Shown here piece after piece: positions 38,686-48,795 of a stretch of 64,000 nucleotides of DNA; position 1 is the stretch's first letter; each line of letters opens with the position of its first letter. The translations under genes and the position numbers were made by a program. The DNA comes from an uncultured delta proteobacterium (GTDB lineage Bacteria; Myxococcota_A; Polyangia; Polyangiales; Polyangiaceae), in assembly GCA_963710555.1 (NCBI GenBank), contig CAVQAT010000008.1:2664849-2728848 (forward strand). Direction: 5' to 3'. The notes below the pieces were generated by a model. It was not told the DNA's origin, searched no databases, and saw nothing but the letters and a program-made list of their open reading frames with translations.

Positions 38686-40230
38686 ATGTGCTATCCAAGG
38701 CAAGTGCGCCCATGGTTTTCAGTTCGGAGCGGTACCGCGCTCGTTCTCGGGTTTGCAGCAATTCACGGTTGCCGTTTTGGTTTCGACGTTTCTGACACGG
38801 CTCGCGTGATACCCCTAGGCGGAGGAGCCGGGGAGACCAGTCTAGGCGGCCAAATGAACGTTGGCGGTATCGGTGGGGAAGGAGGGGCACCCGCGGTATG
38901 TGGCGATGGCGTCCTTGCGGGAGCCGAAACCTGTGACACGGGAACCGCGAGCCCCGCTGGTTGCAATAGTTGCCGCGAGGAACCGGGTTGGAACTGTCCC
39001 CTTGAAGGTGGATCTTGCGTAGCCATTTGTGGCGACGGCATCGTGCTCGGAGCGGAGAACTGTGACGACGCTGAAGCTGTTCCTCAGGATGGCGACGGTT
39101 GCTCGAACTCGTGTCGCATCGAGCCTGGGCATGGCTGCACCGGACAGCCCTCGGCGTGCACGATGCGAGACTGTGGTAACGGTGTGATCGACGGTGACGA
39201 ATCGTGCGACGAAGGAATTCGCAACGGGGTGTATTATGGGGACGGTTCGGGCTGCACTACTTTCTGCACCCGAGAGCCTGACTGCCGCGCTGGCGGAGTC
39301 GACGGATGCGTGTCCGATTGCGGCGATGGAATGCGCGTCGATCCTGAAGAGTGCGACGATGGGAACACTGCGGAAAACGATGGCTGTTCAAGTTCTTGCG
39401 TCATCGAGCCTGGTTTCACCTGTATGACTGAGACTTTCACCGATACCCTGCCCTGTTCTCACGATAAGGCGAAGGAATGCCTGCAGTTGCCGGTGATCTA
39501 CCGAGACTTCATCGCGGCAGGATTCCCTGGCGGCCACGATGACATGCTGATCAATGGCAACATGCGCTCAACTGGAGAGACGATTGGAATAGGACCAGGT
39601 CTCTGTCAGGACATGCTCGCTGACACTCTGGACGCTCAAGGGAAGCCACTGCTCAAGGTCGACTACATGGGGTGCGAGGAGCTCGGTGGCGCTCTCAGCA
39701 TTGCGTCGATGGAGAGCTTCAGTGATTGGTACGATCCGACCCACCCGGAGACGATGACGCATCTGCGCTCATTTGAGCTGGAAAGAATCGACAGCACGGG
39801 TGCTTATCAGTTCTCAAGTTCAAGCCTCTTTCCCTTAGATGGTCTCACGAGAAACGATGAGCTTCAGTATTGTGAAGAAGAGACATACCAAGAACGCGAG
39901 CCTCTCGGTGTCGAACCATGTACGCAAAATCACAATTACCACTTCACCAGTGAGGTGCGGTACGTCTTTCGTTATCAGGGCGGCGAAGTGCTCGACTTCC
40001 GAGGGGACGATGACGTCTATGTTTTCGTCAACGGCAGAAAGGCACTCGACTTAGGGGGAGCTCATCCTCCTGAATCGGGCACGGTGAACTTGGATGAGCA
40101 GGGCCTTACGTTAGGCAAGATCTACGAGATCGTTGTGTTTCATGCCGAGCGAATGCCAGTTGGTTCGAACTACCAGTTGACTCTCGCGGGGTTCGAGGTG
40201 GAACGCACGACGTCGTGTACGCTTCTTTGA
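38686..40230 (+). CDS. secreted protein with myxobacterial cysteine-rich repeats (CxxCGDG...CDDGN type) and a C-terminal fibro-slime (PA14-like) domain
   Basis: Signal peptide from MCYP... (38686). Five or more repeats of the C..GDG.....E.CDDG pattern. C-terminal DDDVYVFVNGRKALDLGGAHPPESGTVNLD matches the fibro-slime domain. Confidence 0.7.
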   Translation: MCYPRQVRPWFSVRSGTALVLGFAAIHGCRFGFDVSDTARVIPLGGGAGETSLGGQMNVGGIGGEGGAPAVCGDGVLAGAETCDTGTASPAGCNSCREEPGWNCPLEGGSCVAICGDGIVLGAENCDDAEAVPQDGDGCSNSCRIEPGHGCTGQPSACTMRDCGNGVIDGDESCDEGIRNGVYYGDGSGCTTFCTREPDCRAGGVDGCVSDCGDGMRVDPEECDDGNTAENDGCSSSCVIEPGFTCMTETFTDTLPCSHDKAKECLQLPVIYRDFIAAGFPGGHDDMLINGNMRSTGETIGIGPGLCQDMLADTLDAQGKPLLKVDYMGCEELGGALSIASMESFSDWYDPTHPETMTHLRSFELERIDSTGAYQFSSSSLFPLDGLTRNDELQYCEEETYQEREPLGVEPCTQNHNYHFTSEVRYVFRYQGGEVLDFRGDDDVYVFVNGRKALDLGGAHPPESGTVNLDEQGLTLGKIYEIVVFHAERMPVGSNYQLTLAGFEVERTTSCTLL

Positions 40231-40327
40231 AGAAGTCGCGTGCGTTCCAGCTGATCCGTTCCGGAGACTTGGCAAAGTCCAAAAGCGGCAGGACTTGTGA
40301 GGGCACCCCACAATTGGCCGAGGCAAG

Positions 40328-40621
40328 TTAAGCGTGGTCCACCGTACCAGGGCGAGGTGGAGGCACGGGTTCCACAGGATAGGTGATGGTGCCCTTGCTT
40401 GAAGGGTGCTCCTCGTCGTTGAACGGAGAGAGCTCTACTCTGTCTGGAGCCGCACGATAATGTGCGCGGTAGAGGCTCACGCAGGCAGCGCATACGATCT
40501 CAGGCGACAGAAAATAGCCAGACTCTCCGTCGGGAGTGGGCAAGTGAAAGATCAAGAGGACTTGTCCCTGTCCGCACGGACAAGGTTTACGCAATCGGAC
40601 GCGTTCTTCGGTGTGAGGCAT
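40328..40621 (-). CDS. small hypothetical Cys-rich protein (CPCG....CAAC); weak call
   Basis: 97-aa ORF from MPHTEE. Four cysteines in a zinc-ribbon-like arrangement. No further support. Confidence 0.25.
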   Translation of the reverse strand: MPHTEERVRLRKPCPCGQGQVLLIFHLPTPDGESGYFLSPEIVCAACVSLYRAHYRAAPDRVELSPFNDEEHPSSKGTITYPVEPVPPPRPGTVDHA

Positions 40622-41171
40622 GATGCAGGCTGCCCTTCGGGAAAGGTGAGTCGAGGTGAACCGTGCAGAAGCCAAAGCAAGAGCTGTACCGCTGCCGAAG
40701 AATGGGCGAGTTTGTGAAGGAGAGATAATTTCTAGAACCCTCTTTCGCGAAATCTCTTCACGTCAGAGGGACGATGGCGCGACAATTGCGCCCTCCGAAA
40801 CTTTCCAAAAGCGTCCGCCCCGCTTCGCCAAATTTTTTAAGAGAAGGCAGTCTTCGCAGGGGTAACTTCTGGTTGTTGTCGCAAGTCGAGGTGCTCATCG
40901 TCGAGCGAATAGTCAAAAGCGCACATGAGGTTGGTGGGATAGCCGCAACGTTTATGCCGTTTTATGAACACTGCTCTTGATATCAATGCACTCACATTGA
41001 TGATTCGAAGCGAGTTGGAATCTTGCAACGGGCAGGGGAGAAAATCTTCAGCTGCCGGTGAGAGACGCTACTGCATAGGGTCCTCAGACCCTGCGCTACC
41101 GCAGGTGGGAAGCCGGCGATTGAGCTCGTGCAAATAGCTCATCGTGTCTGGCCAATTGTAAAGGAGTACAA

Positions 41172-42772
41172 ATGAGAATTCGAATCTCGGGCGATCGTGC
41201 GGGTACCGTGCGTACTTTCCTCAACGTCGCGGCAGCAAGTGTTTTACTTTTTGGCTGCGCTCTCGAAGCGCAGGACGACGAGGTCCTTGTGACCGTGAAT
41301 CAAGCCCTCGATGCAAATGTCACCTACACATTTAGAAATGCACATGCGGGCAAGTGTTTGGACGTGACCAATGTCAGTTCCGAAAACGGTGCCAACATCC
41401 AGCTCTGGGAATGCACAGGGCAAGCGGCCCAGCAGTTCACCCTCGTCCCGTATGAAGAAGGCTACTATTCCTTAAAAATGTACAGAGCCAAAAGTGCATC
41501 GATGTCTGGGCCCGCTCGACCGAAGCTGGGGCCAACCTCGCCCAATACACTTGTTCTGGAGGCACCAACCAGCAATTTCGCTTTGAAGATGTGGGTGGTG
41601 GCAATCTGCGCCTCGTTGCGCGCCACAGCAATATGGCGCTCGACGGTTGGAACTGGGGTACCACCAACGGCACTAACGTGGCCCAGTGGAACGTGACCGG
41701 GGCAGCCAATCAGGCATTTACCGCCACGCGTGTCGGCACCAGTCAGCCACCAGCAGGTGAGTGCAGCAATGTGCGCCCCACGGGCACCGAGTGGGACGCG
41801 GCTACGTGCGACGATTGGGCCTCTCAGACGTCTGAATGCAACTCCGGGTGGATGATCGACAACCATTACTGTGATCAGAGCTGTGGACGTTGCTCGGACG
41901 GCGGTGGGGGCTCAGGAGGCACCACCTCCAAGTTTGTTGGCAACATCACCACGAATGGCGCTGTGCGGTCCGACTTTGCCGATTACTGGGATCAGATCAC
42001 GCCCGAGAATGAAGGCAAGTGGGGGTCTGTCGAACGCAGCCGAGACGTGATGGACTGGCGCGGCCTGGACGCTGCCTACAATTATGCCAAGAGCCGTGGA
42101 CTCAAGTTCAAGCAACACACGTTGGTCTGGGGCAGCCAACAACCCAACTGGATCGCTTCATTGCCTGCGTCCGAGCAGAGAGCCGAAGTCGAAGAATGGA
42201 TCCGCTTGTTCTGCGAGCGCTACCCGGACGTCGACTTGATCGATGTGGTGAATGAACCCCCACCGCATACCACTCCCTCCTACGTGAACGCGATCGGGGG
42301 CACGGGTTCGACCGGCTATGACTGGATTGTCTGGTCTTTTCAAAAGACACGGCAGTACTGCCCCAACGCGACCCTGATCTTGAATGACTACAACGTCTTG
42401 CGTTGGCAAACCGATACCTTTGTTCGTATTGCCAATGCAGTCAAAGGTTCGGGTTACATCGATGCACTCGGCGCTCAGGCGCATGGCTTGGAGACCTTGT
42501 CGCTGAGCGAGCTGCGCGGGAATTTGAACAAGCTGATCGGGGTAGGGCTTCCGGTTTACATCTCCGAGTACGACGTGAACATCCAAAACGACCAGGAACA
42601 GCTGCGCGTGATGCGCGAGCAGTTCTCTCTTTTCTACGAAACGCCTCAGGTTGCAGGAATCACGCTCTGGGGATACCAGTATGGCGCCACCTGGGTGCCA
42701 GACTCAGGCCTCATTCGCAACGGTCAACATCGACCAGCGATGAGCTGGCTCATGGACTATCTCGACCGCTGA
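41172..42772 (+). pseudogene. endo-1,4-beta-xylanase (GH10) with an N-terminal ricin-B/CBM13 lectin domain; the reading frame breaks at an A5 run (41474-41478)
   Basis: Signal peptide with lipobox LLFGC. CBM13 repeats are split between frame 0 (GKCLDV...NIQLWECTGQAAQQFTLV) and frame 2 (KCIDVWARSTEAGANLAQYTCSGGTNQQFRFE ... LDGWNWGTTNGTNVAQWNVTGAANQAFT). GH10 catalytic motifs IDVVNEP and YISEYDV are in frame 2. Confidence 0.7.
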
Positions 42773-42847
42773 CGGGGCCGAGTCGCGTTTGAGCGGACAG
42801 GCAATGCCGTCTATTGACAACCTCGAACCTCCTCCTGATCCTTCGCT

Positions 42848-44098
42848 ATGATGAAGCATCTGATCGGTTCGGGGTTGTCGGTGGTCTTGCTTTCAACCCT
42901 TACGGGGATGGCGCTCTGGGGTTGTTCGGACGACTCAAGTTCGTCCTCGGGCGACGGCGATGGTGATGGGGGAAGCGGAGGCGACGGCGGTGGTGCACCG
43001 GGTGATGGAGATAACACCGAATCAATAGGGCTCTGCGGCGCTAAACTCTCGGCCGTTGCACCTGAGCTGAGTGACTTGAAGTGGGAGAAACTTCCCCTCT
43101 TGTACCCAGGAAAAGAAAAGACTGCAGGTGAATCATTAGTACGCGTCGGACCTTCAGGCGACATCTACGTCGCAGCAACGACGGCGCAGGGAGATGCTTG
43201 GATGAGTCCCTATGAATTCATCGTACAGCGCTTCGACGGTGAAGAATGGGAGATGGTCGGTGGCGCTCCAGTTGCCTCGGCCGAGGAGGGGTATACTGGC
43301 AATGGGGGCCTGGCGGTGGATTGCGCAGGCAATGTTTACGCAGCCACATCCTCGGGCCAGCGACAAGTTTTTCAATTGGAAGGCGACTCGTGGGTGGAGA
43401 TTGAGGTGCCTGTTGTTCCCTTGAGTCGAGCGCTGGGAACAGACGCTGAAGGGTATTTTCTGATAGCTGGCCTCTCTTCAGACGATCGCATCGAGGTACA
43501 CCGGCTTGTTGACGGAGTCTGGGAGCAATTGGGTGATGCCTTTGACGGCGCTCCGCCCCAGTTGTTTTCTGGGAACTTTGCCAACGCCATGGACCGAATC
43601 GCCTTCGCTAGCGACTCTTCTGCATACCTATTCGATGGAAGCGCATGGCAAGGTCTCGGCTCGTTCAGCGATGATGAAGCATTCTTCGCGACGACGGCCC
43701 TCACCCGTGATGGCCAGCTTTTTGTAGGCTATCGTGCCGATTCGGATGCAGGCACTCTCTTGTTTGCGACCAAGTATGACGCTGGAACCGAAGCGTTCGA
43801 ACCACTCGAAGGAAACCTTCAGTTTGAAGGCCCCGGCGCTTCTTATTCTGTCTTGGGTGTGGACCCCTGGGACCGACTCCTTGCTACCTGGCGCGAAGGC
43901 GAGGTCTACGTCGGCCTCTACGAGGAGGGCAGCGGTTGGACTCCCTTTGTTGACGACGGAGCTGTAAGTCAGGCTACCGATGGGGGGACCCTTCCTAGCC
44001 TCGCCTTCGACCTCAGCGGACTCCCCGTGATCTCTTGGGAAAGCATCACTCCAGAAAACGGCGGCGTCATTGGAGTGGCGCGCGCAGTGAAGAAGTAG
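42848..44098 (+). CDS. hypothetical lipoprotein (possible beta-propeller-like repeats)
   Basis: Lipobox LWGCSDDSSSS followed by a Gly/Asp linker. Repetitive beta-rich body. Confidence 0.55.
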   Translation: MMKHLIGSGLSVVLLSTLTGMALWGCSDDSSSSSGDGDGDGGSGGDGGGAPGDGDNTESIGLCGAKLSAVAPELSDLKWEKLPLLYPGKEKTAGESLVRVGPSGDIYVAATTAQGDAWMSPYEFIVQRFDGEEWEMVGGAPVASAEEGYTGNGGLAVDCAGNVYAATSSGQRQVFQLEGDSWVEIEVPVVPLSRALGTDAEGYFLIAGLSSDDRIEVHRLVDGVWEQLGDAFDGAPPQLFSGNFANAMDRIAFASDSSAYLFDGSAWQGLGSFSDDEAFFATTALTRDGQLFVGYRADSDAGTLLFATKYDAGTEAFEPLEGNLQFEGPGASYSVLGVDPWDRLLATWREGEVYVGLYEEGSGWTPFVDDGAVSQATDGGTLPSLAFDLSGLPVISWESITPENGGVIGVARAVKK

Positions 44099-44163
44099 TC
44101 AGTTGGATGAGTGACAGGTTCGAGGTAGGGAGCCTTGTGCAGGCGTAGGGAGCATTGTGTACC

Positions 44164-45819
44164 TCACGCAAGGAATCGGTTGCGTGACGAGTCGTTGTAA
44201 CGTGCCCAATCTATGGCAAACGGTGTGATGCTACTCTCGCCGTTTCTCCAGCGGACTGTCAGCGCGCGTGGCGCGACGTCGCGATAGTTACTCGACTCGG
44301 GCAAATCGAGGCTGGTTTCGCCGCCGGCCGAAAACAGTGTGTAGAGGCTCGCGTCGGGAAACTCGTAAGTGGCGCGGAAACCTTCGACGATCCGCTCGTG
44401 ACCGCGCAGCATCGCCGTGCAGCCGATTCTGGCCATGAAGCTCCGAAACTGTGAGCTTCCGTAGCCAAAACGAGCGACTTTCTTTTGGAGTTCATCGGGC
44501 ACGGCTTCCGTATTGCTCGGATCGCTCCACATCATTTCAAAGCGTAGATCGGGATCATTCAAGGAGGAGAGATCCTGCCACTTGTCGCGCAGGGACGCTT
44601 CGCGCGGAATGCCAGCGTGGGCAAAGAACAGGCGGTCGAATGCGAGCGATGTGGGCAGCTCTTCGAACATGTGCATGTACTCCTTGAAGAAGGCGTGTCC
44701 TGCGATCCCCTCAAGACTCATCATGCCTTCTGCCGGGCGCACTGGAGCCAAGACACGGCCCTGGTGCTCGATGTAGTATTCGTGGTTCCCGCGTAGCATG
44801 TAAACGGCATGCGGTACGGTGACGTAGAGCTGCATCACCGCACGCAAAATGCCGTCGTAGCTGAAGCGACCGCGATCAATGTAGTCGCCGAGAAGAACCA
44901 GTCGAGTGTCAGGCGTGCTGGAAGGATCGTCGACGTGGGCCTGTACCTTAGCGAGGAAGTCCGTCTGCATCAGTGCCGCCTTCAGGCAGGAGTAGCACCC
45001 GTGCAAGTCGCCGAGCACGATCAGCTCGTACTCCTTGTTCGGATCGGGGGGGAGAACGTATGCGTGCCCATCCAGAAACGGCGCCTGCCCGGCAAATTCG
45101 GTGAATTGCTGGGCGCCCGTCAGTCGCCCTGCGCCGGCCGCCCGTTGTTCATCGAGCGTTCTTCTCACCTTGCGAACCAATTCGACGTCGAGCATCGCCG
45201 GTTGCGCGAAGGCCTCAGGCTCGCGAGGGTAAGTCTGTTCCAAACGAGTGAAGAATGGATGATCGTCGACGCGGGGAACGAGAACCTCTTCTTGAAGCAG
45301 TGCAACGGTCCGCGCTGATTCATCCTCGACCACCTCGAACTCAGTGATCTCCAGGGGTTCATCCAAAATTCGCTTGAGGTCGTCCCTAAGCTTTTCTTCA
45401 GCCGGGTGCGCGACACCGTCTGCCAAGATGAAATCGTCAACGATCTTGAACAGAACTTCGCGTGCAGCGTCGTCGAACGGATGCAGCAGTTCGTAACCAC
45501 GCAAGGTGATCTTGGCGTGAATGAAGTCTTCCTGACTCTCGCCTTCCGCCACGGATTCGCTGAATAGCGCGACGATCTCCCGATCGATCGTCGCCGCAAC
45601 GCGCTGAAACTGCGTGGTGACCCGAGCGGTCTGGGCGTGACGCGCGAGCGGGTCAGAGACTGCTTCCAGCATACGCTTTTCGACGAGCGCGGCGATCTGC
45701 TCCTGAACGAACCGCTTTTCCGCCATCCCGAACTTGCCGTCCGCGTGACCAAAGGCCGTCAGCAAGAAGACTACGGCGAGCATCTGTTTTTTTGCGACTT
45801 CCGGATCGGAGCTGAACAT
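44164..45819 (-). CDS. TerB-like N-terminal domain fused to a PPP-family Ser/Thr protein phosphatase (metallophosphatase)
   Basis: TerB-like MLAVVFLLTAFGHADGKFGMAEKRFV. Phosphatase motifs GDLHG, GDYIDRG and GNHE. Start taken at MFSSDPEV (45819); the listed ORF extends to 46002. Confidence 0.7.
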   Translation of the reverse strand: MFSSDPEVAKKQMLAVVFLLTAFGHADGKFGMAEKRFVQEQIAALVEKRMLEAVSDPLARHAQTARVTTQFQRVAATIDREIVALFSESVAEGESQEDFIHAKITLRGYELLHPFDDAAREVLFKIVDDFILADGVAHPAEEKLRDDLKRILDEPLEITEFEVVEDESARTVALLQEEVLVPRVDDHPFFTRLEQTYPREPEAFAQPAMLDVELVRKVRRTLDEQRAAGAGRLTGAQQFTEFAGQAPFLDGHAYVLPPDPNKEYELIVLGDLHGCYSCLKAALMQTDFLAKVQAHVDDPSSTPDTRLVLLGDYIDRGRFSYDGILRAVMQLYVTVPHAVYMLRGNHEYYIEHQGRVLAPVRPAEGMMSLEGIAGHAFFKEYMHMFEELPTSLAFDRLFFAHAGIPREASLRDKWQDLSSLNDPDLRFEMMWSDPSNTEAVPDELQKKVARFGYGSSQFRSFMARIGCTAMLRGHERIVEGFRATYEFPDASLYTLFSAGGETSLDLPESSNYRDVAPRALTVRWRNGESSITPFAIDWARYNDSSRNRFLA

Positions 45820-45922
45820 ATGGCTGGCTCCCAAATTCCCCCAAAGGGGTCCCGACATCAAACAGCCTGCAGTGGATGGTCTTTTGGCCTGTTTGCACCA
45901 GTATCTGAAGTCGTCTGTTCTG

Positions 45923-47095
45923 TCAGAACTGTGAAATGAACTCCCAGGCCAACGGTGGAATAAAAGCGTTGAGACCATCGTCTCCGCTGAAGTTCCCGTC
46001 ATTCACGCTCGACGGAGTATGCGCGCCATCGAATGTGCAGACTTTCACAGGATACCCCTCATCGCAGCCTTCGAATTCGTAGCAGACGTGATCTTTGCTC
46101 CCATTCGTCGCTGTCTGGATGTTGCCAGGCACCGCGCAACCGTTGTCCTCAGCGTGCTGCAGAACGCAGTACTTCCCGCCTTCCTTTGCTCCATCGCTGT
46201 TGACCCACTTACAAGTACCATCGCTCATGCCGGTGATTCCAAAATAAGCGAGGGTAGCAGGCTCATTAGTGGGCTGGGTGAAGTTGTAATTGGCCGGTGC
46301 CATGGTGACCGCACCACGCAGTTTCGACGCGCGCCCGAGCGAAAGCGCGTGGCTCATCATCGCTCCGAAGCTGAAGCCCGTGGTAAAGACTCGGCTTTCG
46401 TCGATGCACAGGTTTTCGTTGACGCGGGCAAGTACTGCATCGAAGACAGCCACGTCTCGATTGTAATCCCACGGAAAGTTCCCAATCCCTTGGGGTGCGA
46501 CGAAGATGGCCGGCTCGTTTGCTGCGGTCGCTTCACGGTGCAGCCCGAAATAGGCGTAGTTCTCTGCGTCGAAGTTGGGGCCGTTAAAGGCGGGGTACTG
46601 GCCGGTAGCATTGCCGTTAGCCGACCCATATGCCTGATGCCACGAGAAAATAAGGCGATAGGGGTGCGCAGGATCGTAGTCCGCGGGAATGTCGATGATG
46701 TAATCGCGACTCGTGCCCCCACTCATGATCGTGAGCCTGGTTGAGGTGGGAAGCGCGCTCGCGACTGATGAGCCGCCGGACGTCAGGGTGGTTACGCCGT
46801 CCGTCACGCCGCAACCATCGCTCCGAACTGCGTCGTCGCTGGCTGTTTCTCCGCCAGTTCCACTCCCTCCTGTCCCGTTGCCGCCGGTTGCCGAAGCTCC
46901 ACCAGTCGAAGCGCCACCGCTGCTGGGGCTTCCGCCAGTTTCTGATCCGCCTGTGGCCTGGCCCCCGCTCGCCGATGCGCCACCGGTTGACGCGCCACCG
47001 GTCGCGGCTCCATCAAGATCGAACTCGTCTCCTCCACAGCCTGTGATTCCTATCGACAATCCGAAAGTTAGGGTTGGTAGCCATTTCGTATACAT
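45923..47095 (-). CDS. secreted esterase lipoprotein (PHB-depolymerase/feruloyl-esterase-like alpha/beta hydrolase)
   Basis: Lipobox GITGCGG and Gly/Ser/Thr linker. GxSxG nucleophile motif TGFSFGAMMS. A paralogue is at 58559-59548. Confidence 0.65.
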   Translation of the reverse strand: MYTKWLPTLTFGLSIGITGCGGDEFDLDGAATGGASTGGASASGGQATGGSETGGSPSSGGASTGGASATGGNGTGGSGTGGETASDDAVRSDGCGVTDGVTTLTSGGSSVASALPTSTRLTIMSGGTSRDYIIDIPADYDPAHPYRLIFSWHQAYGSANGNATGQYPAFNGPNFDAENYAYFGLHREATAANEPAIFVAPQGIGNFPWDYNRDVAVFDAVLARVNENLCIDESRVFTTGFSFGAMMSHALSLGRASKLRGAVTMAPANYNFTQPTNEPATLAYFGITGMSDGTCKWVNSDGAKEGGKYCVLQHAEDNGCAVPGNIQTATNGSKDHVCYEFEGCDEGYPVKVCTFDGAHTPSSVNDGNFSGDDGLNAFIPPLAWEFISQF

Positions 47096-47604
47096 GGGAT
47101 CTCCTGGAAAGCGGGGGACTCACGATGGTTCTGCTGGCGCAGATTGAGCGCGGAGGACATCGAGAAGGTGTCGGTTGCTAGCAGCTCTCCCAGCCCAAAC
47201 AACGCCTTTGAAGCGATGGCCGCGAGTTCGAACATCAACGCAAAGTTGTGCAGAGCAGGGGAGGAATTCCTCACCTTGACAAGCGCGTACCAGTTTCAGC
47301 GACCTCAGGGTCTGAGCTGCGTGCGGCCTGTGAAGCACAACGAGACTGTGAGTCGTTTGGTGTGCTTGCCCTATGCGGTTGAAACCCCGACTTCGTCGCA
47401 GCCTGAGAACGACGATCAAATTCTCGTGGGCCGACTTCCCTGCGGTGCGCCGGTCGACAAGAGTTTTGAACTCGGGGGATCCGCGGCATGGGTTCAGCCA
47501 GTGGTCCCTCGCTCTTTGCTGTCGATTTCCGCGTTGAGTGGCATTTTCGGAACGGAACGCTCATCGGGCCCGTTGATTTGGAACGTTATTTGCTCCTGTG
47601 ATTC

Positions 47605-47997
47605 GTGGGCTTTAACAAGGAGAAGGTGATGGCAAGCGAAGGAAGATCCGCTCAAGATTTGGTTCCATTCTCAATCGAGGATCCATTTGGACACGGCGTC
47701 ACAAGAAAGGGCGAAGAGCGACTTCTTCGCCGGATCCACGATTCTAGAGATGGCAGAAAGGGGCGCTCCATGGGGCGCTCGGGACACGGCGAACATCCTG
47801 CGGGTGAAGCCCCCAATTCCAGCGAACTCGCTCAGGCGTCGGCATCGGCCGCGGTGGCGAGTGCCTATGGATCAGAAAGAAAGCGCATCTTTCCAAGCTG
47901 GGTGACACTACTCCTCGTCTTGGCCGGAGCGTACCTCGCGATCAATTGGGTGATTCCAGAGCTTGAATCTGTCGTCGAAGAGCTGATTGAGTCCTAG
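47605..47997 (+). CDS. hypothetical small protein with a C-terminal TM helix
   Basis: 130-aa ORF. C-terminal WVTLLLVLAGAYLAINWV. No motif. Confidence 0.3.
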   Translation: MGFNKEKVMASEGRSAQDLVPFSIEDPFGHGVTRKGEERLLRRIHDSRDGRKGRSMGRSGHGEHPAGEAPNSSELAQASASAAVASAYGSERKRIFPSWVTLLLVLAGAYLAINWVIPELESVVEELIES

Positions 47998-48062
47998 GCG
48001 TTGATTCAAACGATTGTGTCAAGGTGCCTCACCTGTGACGCGGTGCCTCACCACCGGTGCGG

Positions 48063-48206
48063 TGCCTCACCATTAGCGACGTCTTCGCCAGTAGAAGTAC
48101 GCTGCAATCATCAGCAACGGGACGACAATGAACAGGATGATATCCAAAGGTGATTCGATGTCGAATGAATCGGCATCCTGGGGGTGGGGGATCTCCTCTG
48201 GGATTT
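48063..48206 (-). CDS. possible 47-aa small membrane protein (MHLQIPEEIPHPQDADSFDIESPLDIILFIVVPLLMIAAYFYWRRRR)
   Basis: Read manually; it is below the ORF-track length cutoff. An acidic N-terminus, one TM helix and a poly-Arg tail. Lies directly downstream of the TerB-family gene on the same strand. Confidence 0.3.
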
Positions 48207-48294
48207 GAAGATGCATGTCGTTCCTTCTGGCAGTGAGTGGGCGCGCTGCTTTTCAAGCAAGAAATGCGCCTTCCTCATCACGAAGCCTTCGTCA

Positions 48295-48738
48295 TCAGAA
48301 ACCGGAGGGGGCGCGACTGCTCATGCGCACTGACTCGGCAATCTCGTCGCATTCTTTTTCATCGAGCCCCAATGCTTCAGCGAGCTGGAAAAGTAGTACG
48401 GACTCACTTTCCATGACCTGACCATCTGTTGCCGCAATTCCCCACGCGAGGCCGTAGACAATGCGACGACTTGTGTCGTCGGGAAGCGAGGTAGCTAGTT
48501 GGTCCAATCGTTCGCTGACATCGAGCGACTCTAAAGTGCCAAAGCGGTCCACCAGCCCACTGAGTTCCGGGAGCCCCATCTTGTCTTCGGACAGTGATTG
48601 CACGTGTTCAAGAAAAGTCTGTCGCTCTTCCGGCGTGAATACCCCGTCGGCCTGAGCCACCAGGAACATGATTTCGACCATAGCCAGAAGCTCTTGAGTA
48701 CTCGCGTCGGCGAGTCCCTGTGGTGCACGTGCGCTCAT
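48295..48738 (-). CDS. TerB-family (tellurite-resistance TerB-like) protein
   Basis: 147 aa. MVEIMFLVAQADGVFTPEER ... IVYGLAWGIAATDGQVMESE pattern of PF05099. Confidence 0.75.
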   Translation of the reverse strand: MSARAPQGLADASTQELLAMVEIMFLVAQADGVFTPEERQTFLEHVQSLSEDKMGLPELSGLVDRFGTLESLDVSERLDQLATSLPDDTSRRIVYGLAWGIAATDGQVMESESVLLFQLAEALGLDEKECDEIAESVRMSSRAPSGF

Positions 48739-48795
48739 GCCCAGTCATTACCACGCGCACGGGCCAGTAAAAATGGGGCACCCACCCGCACGGCT

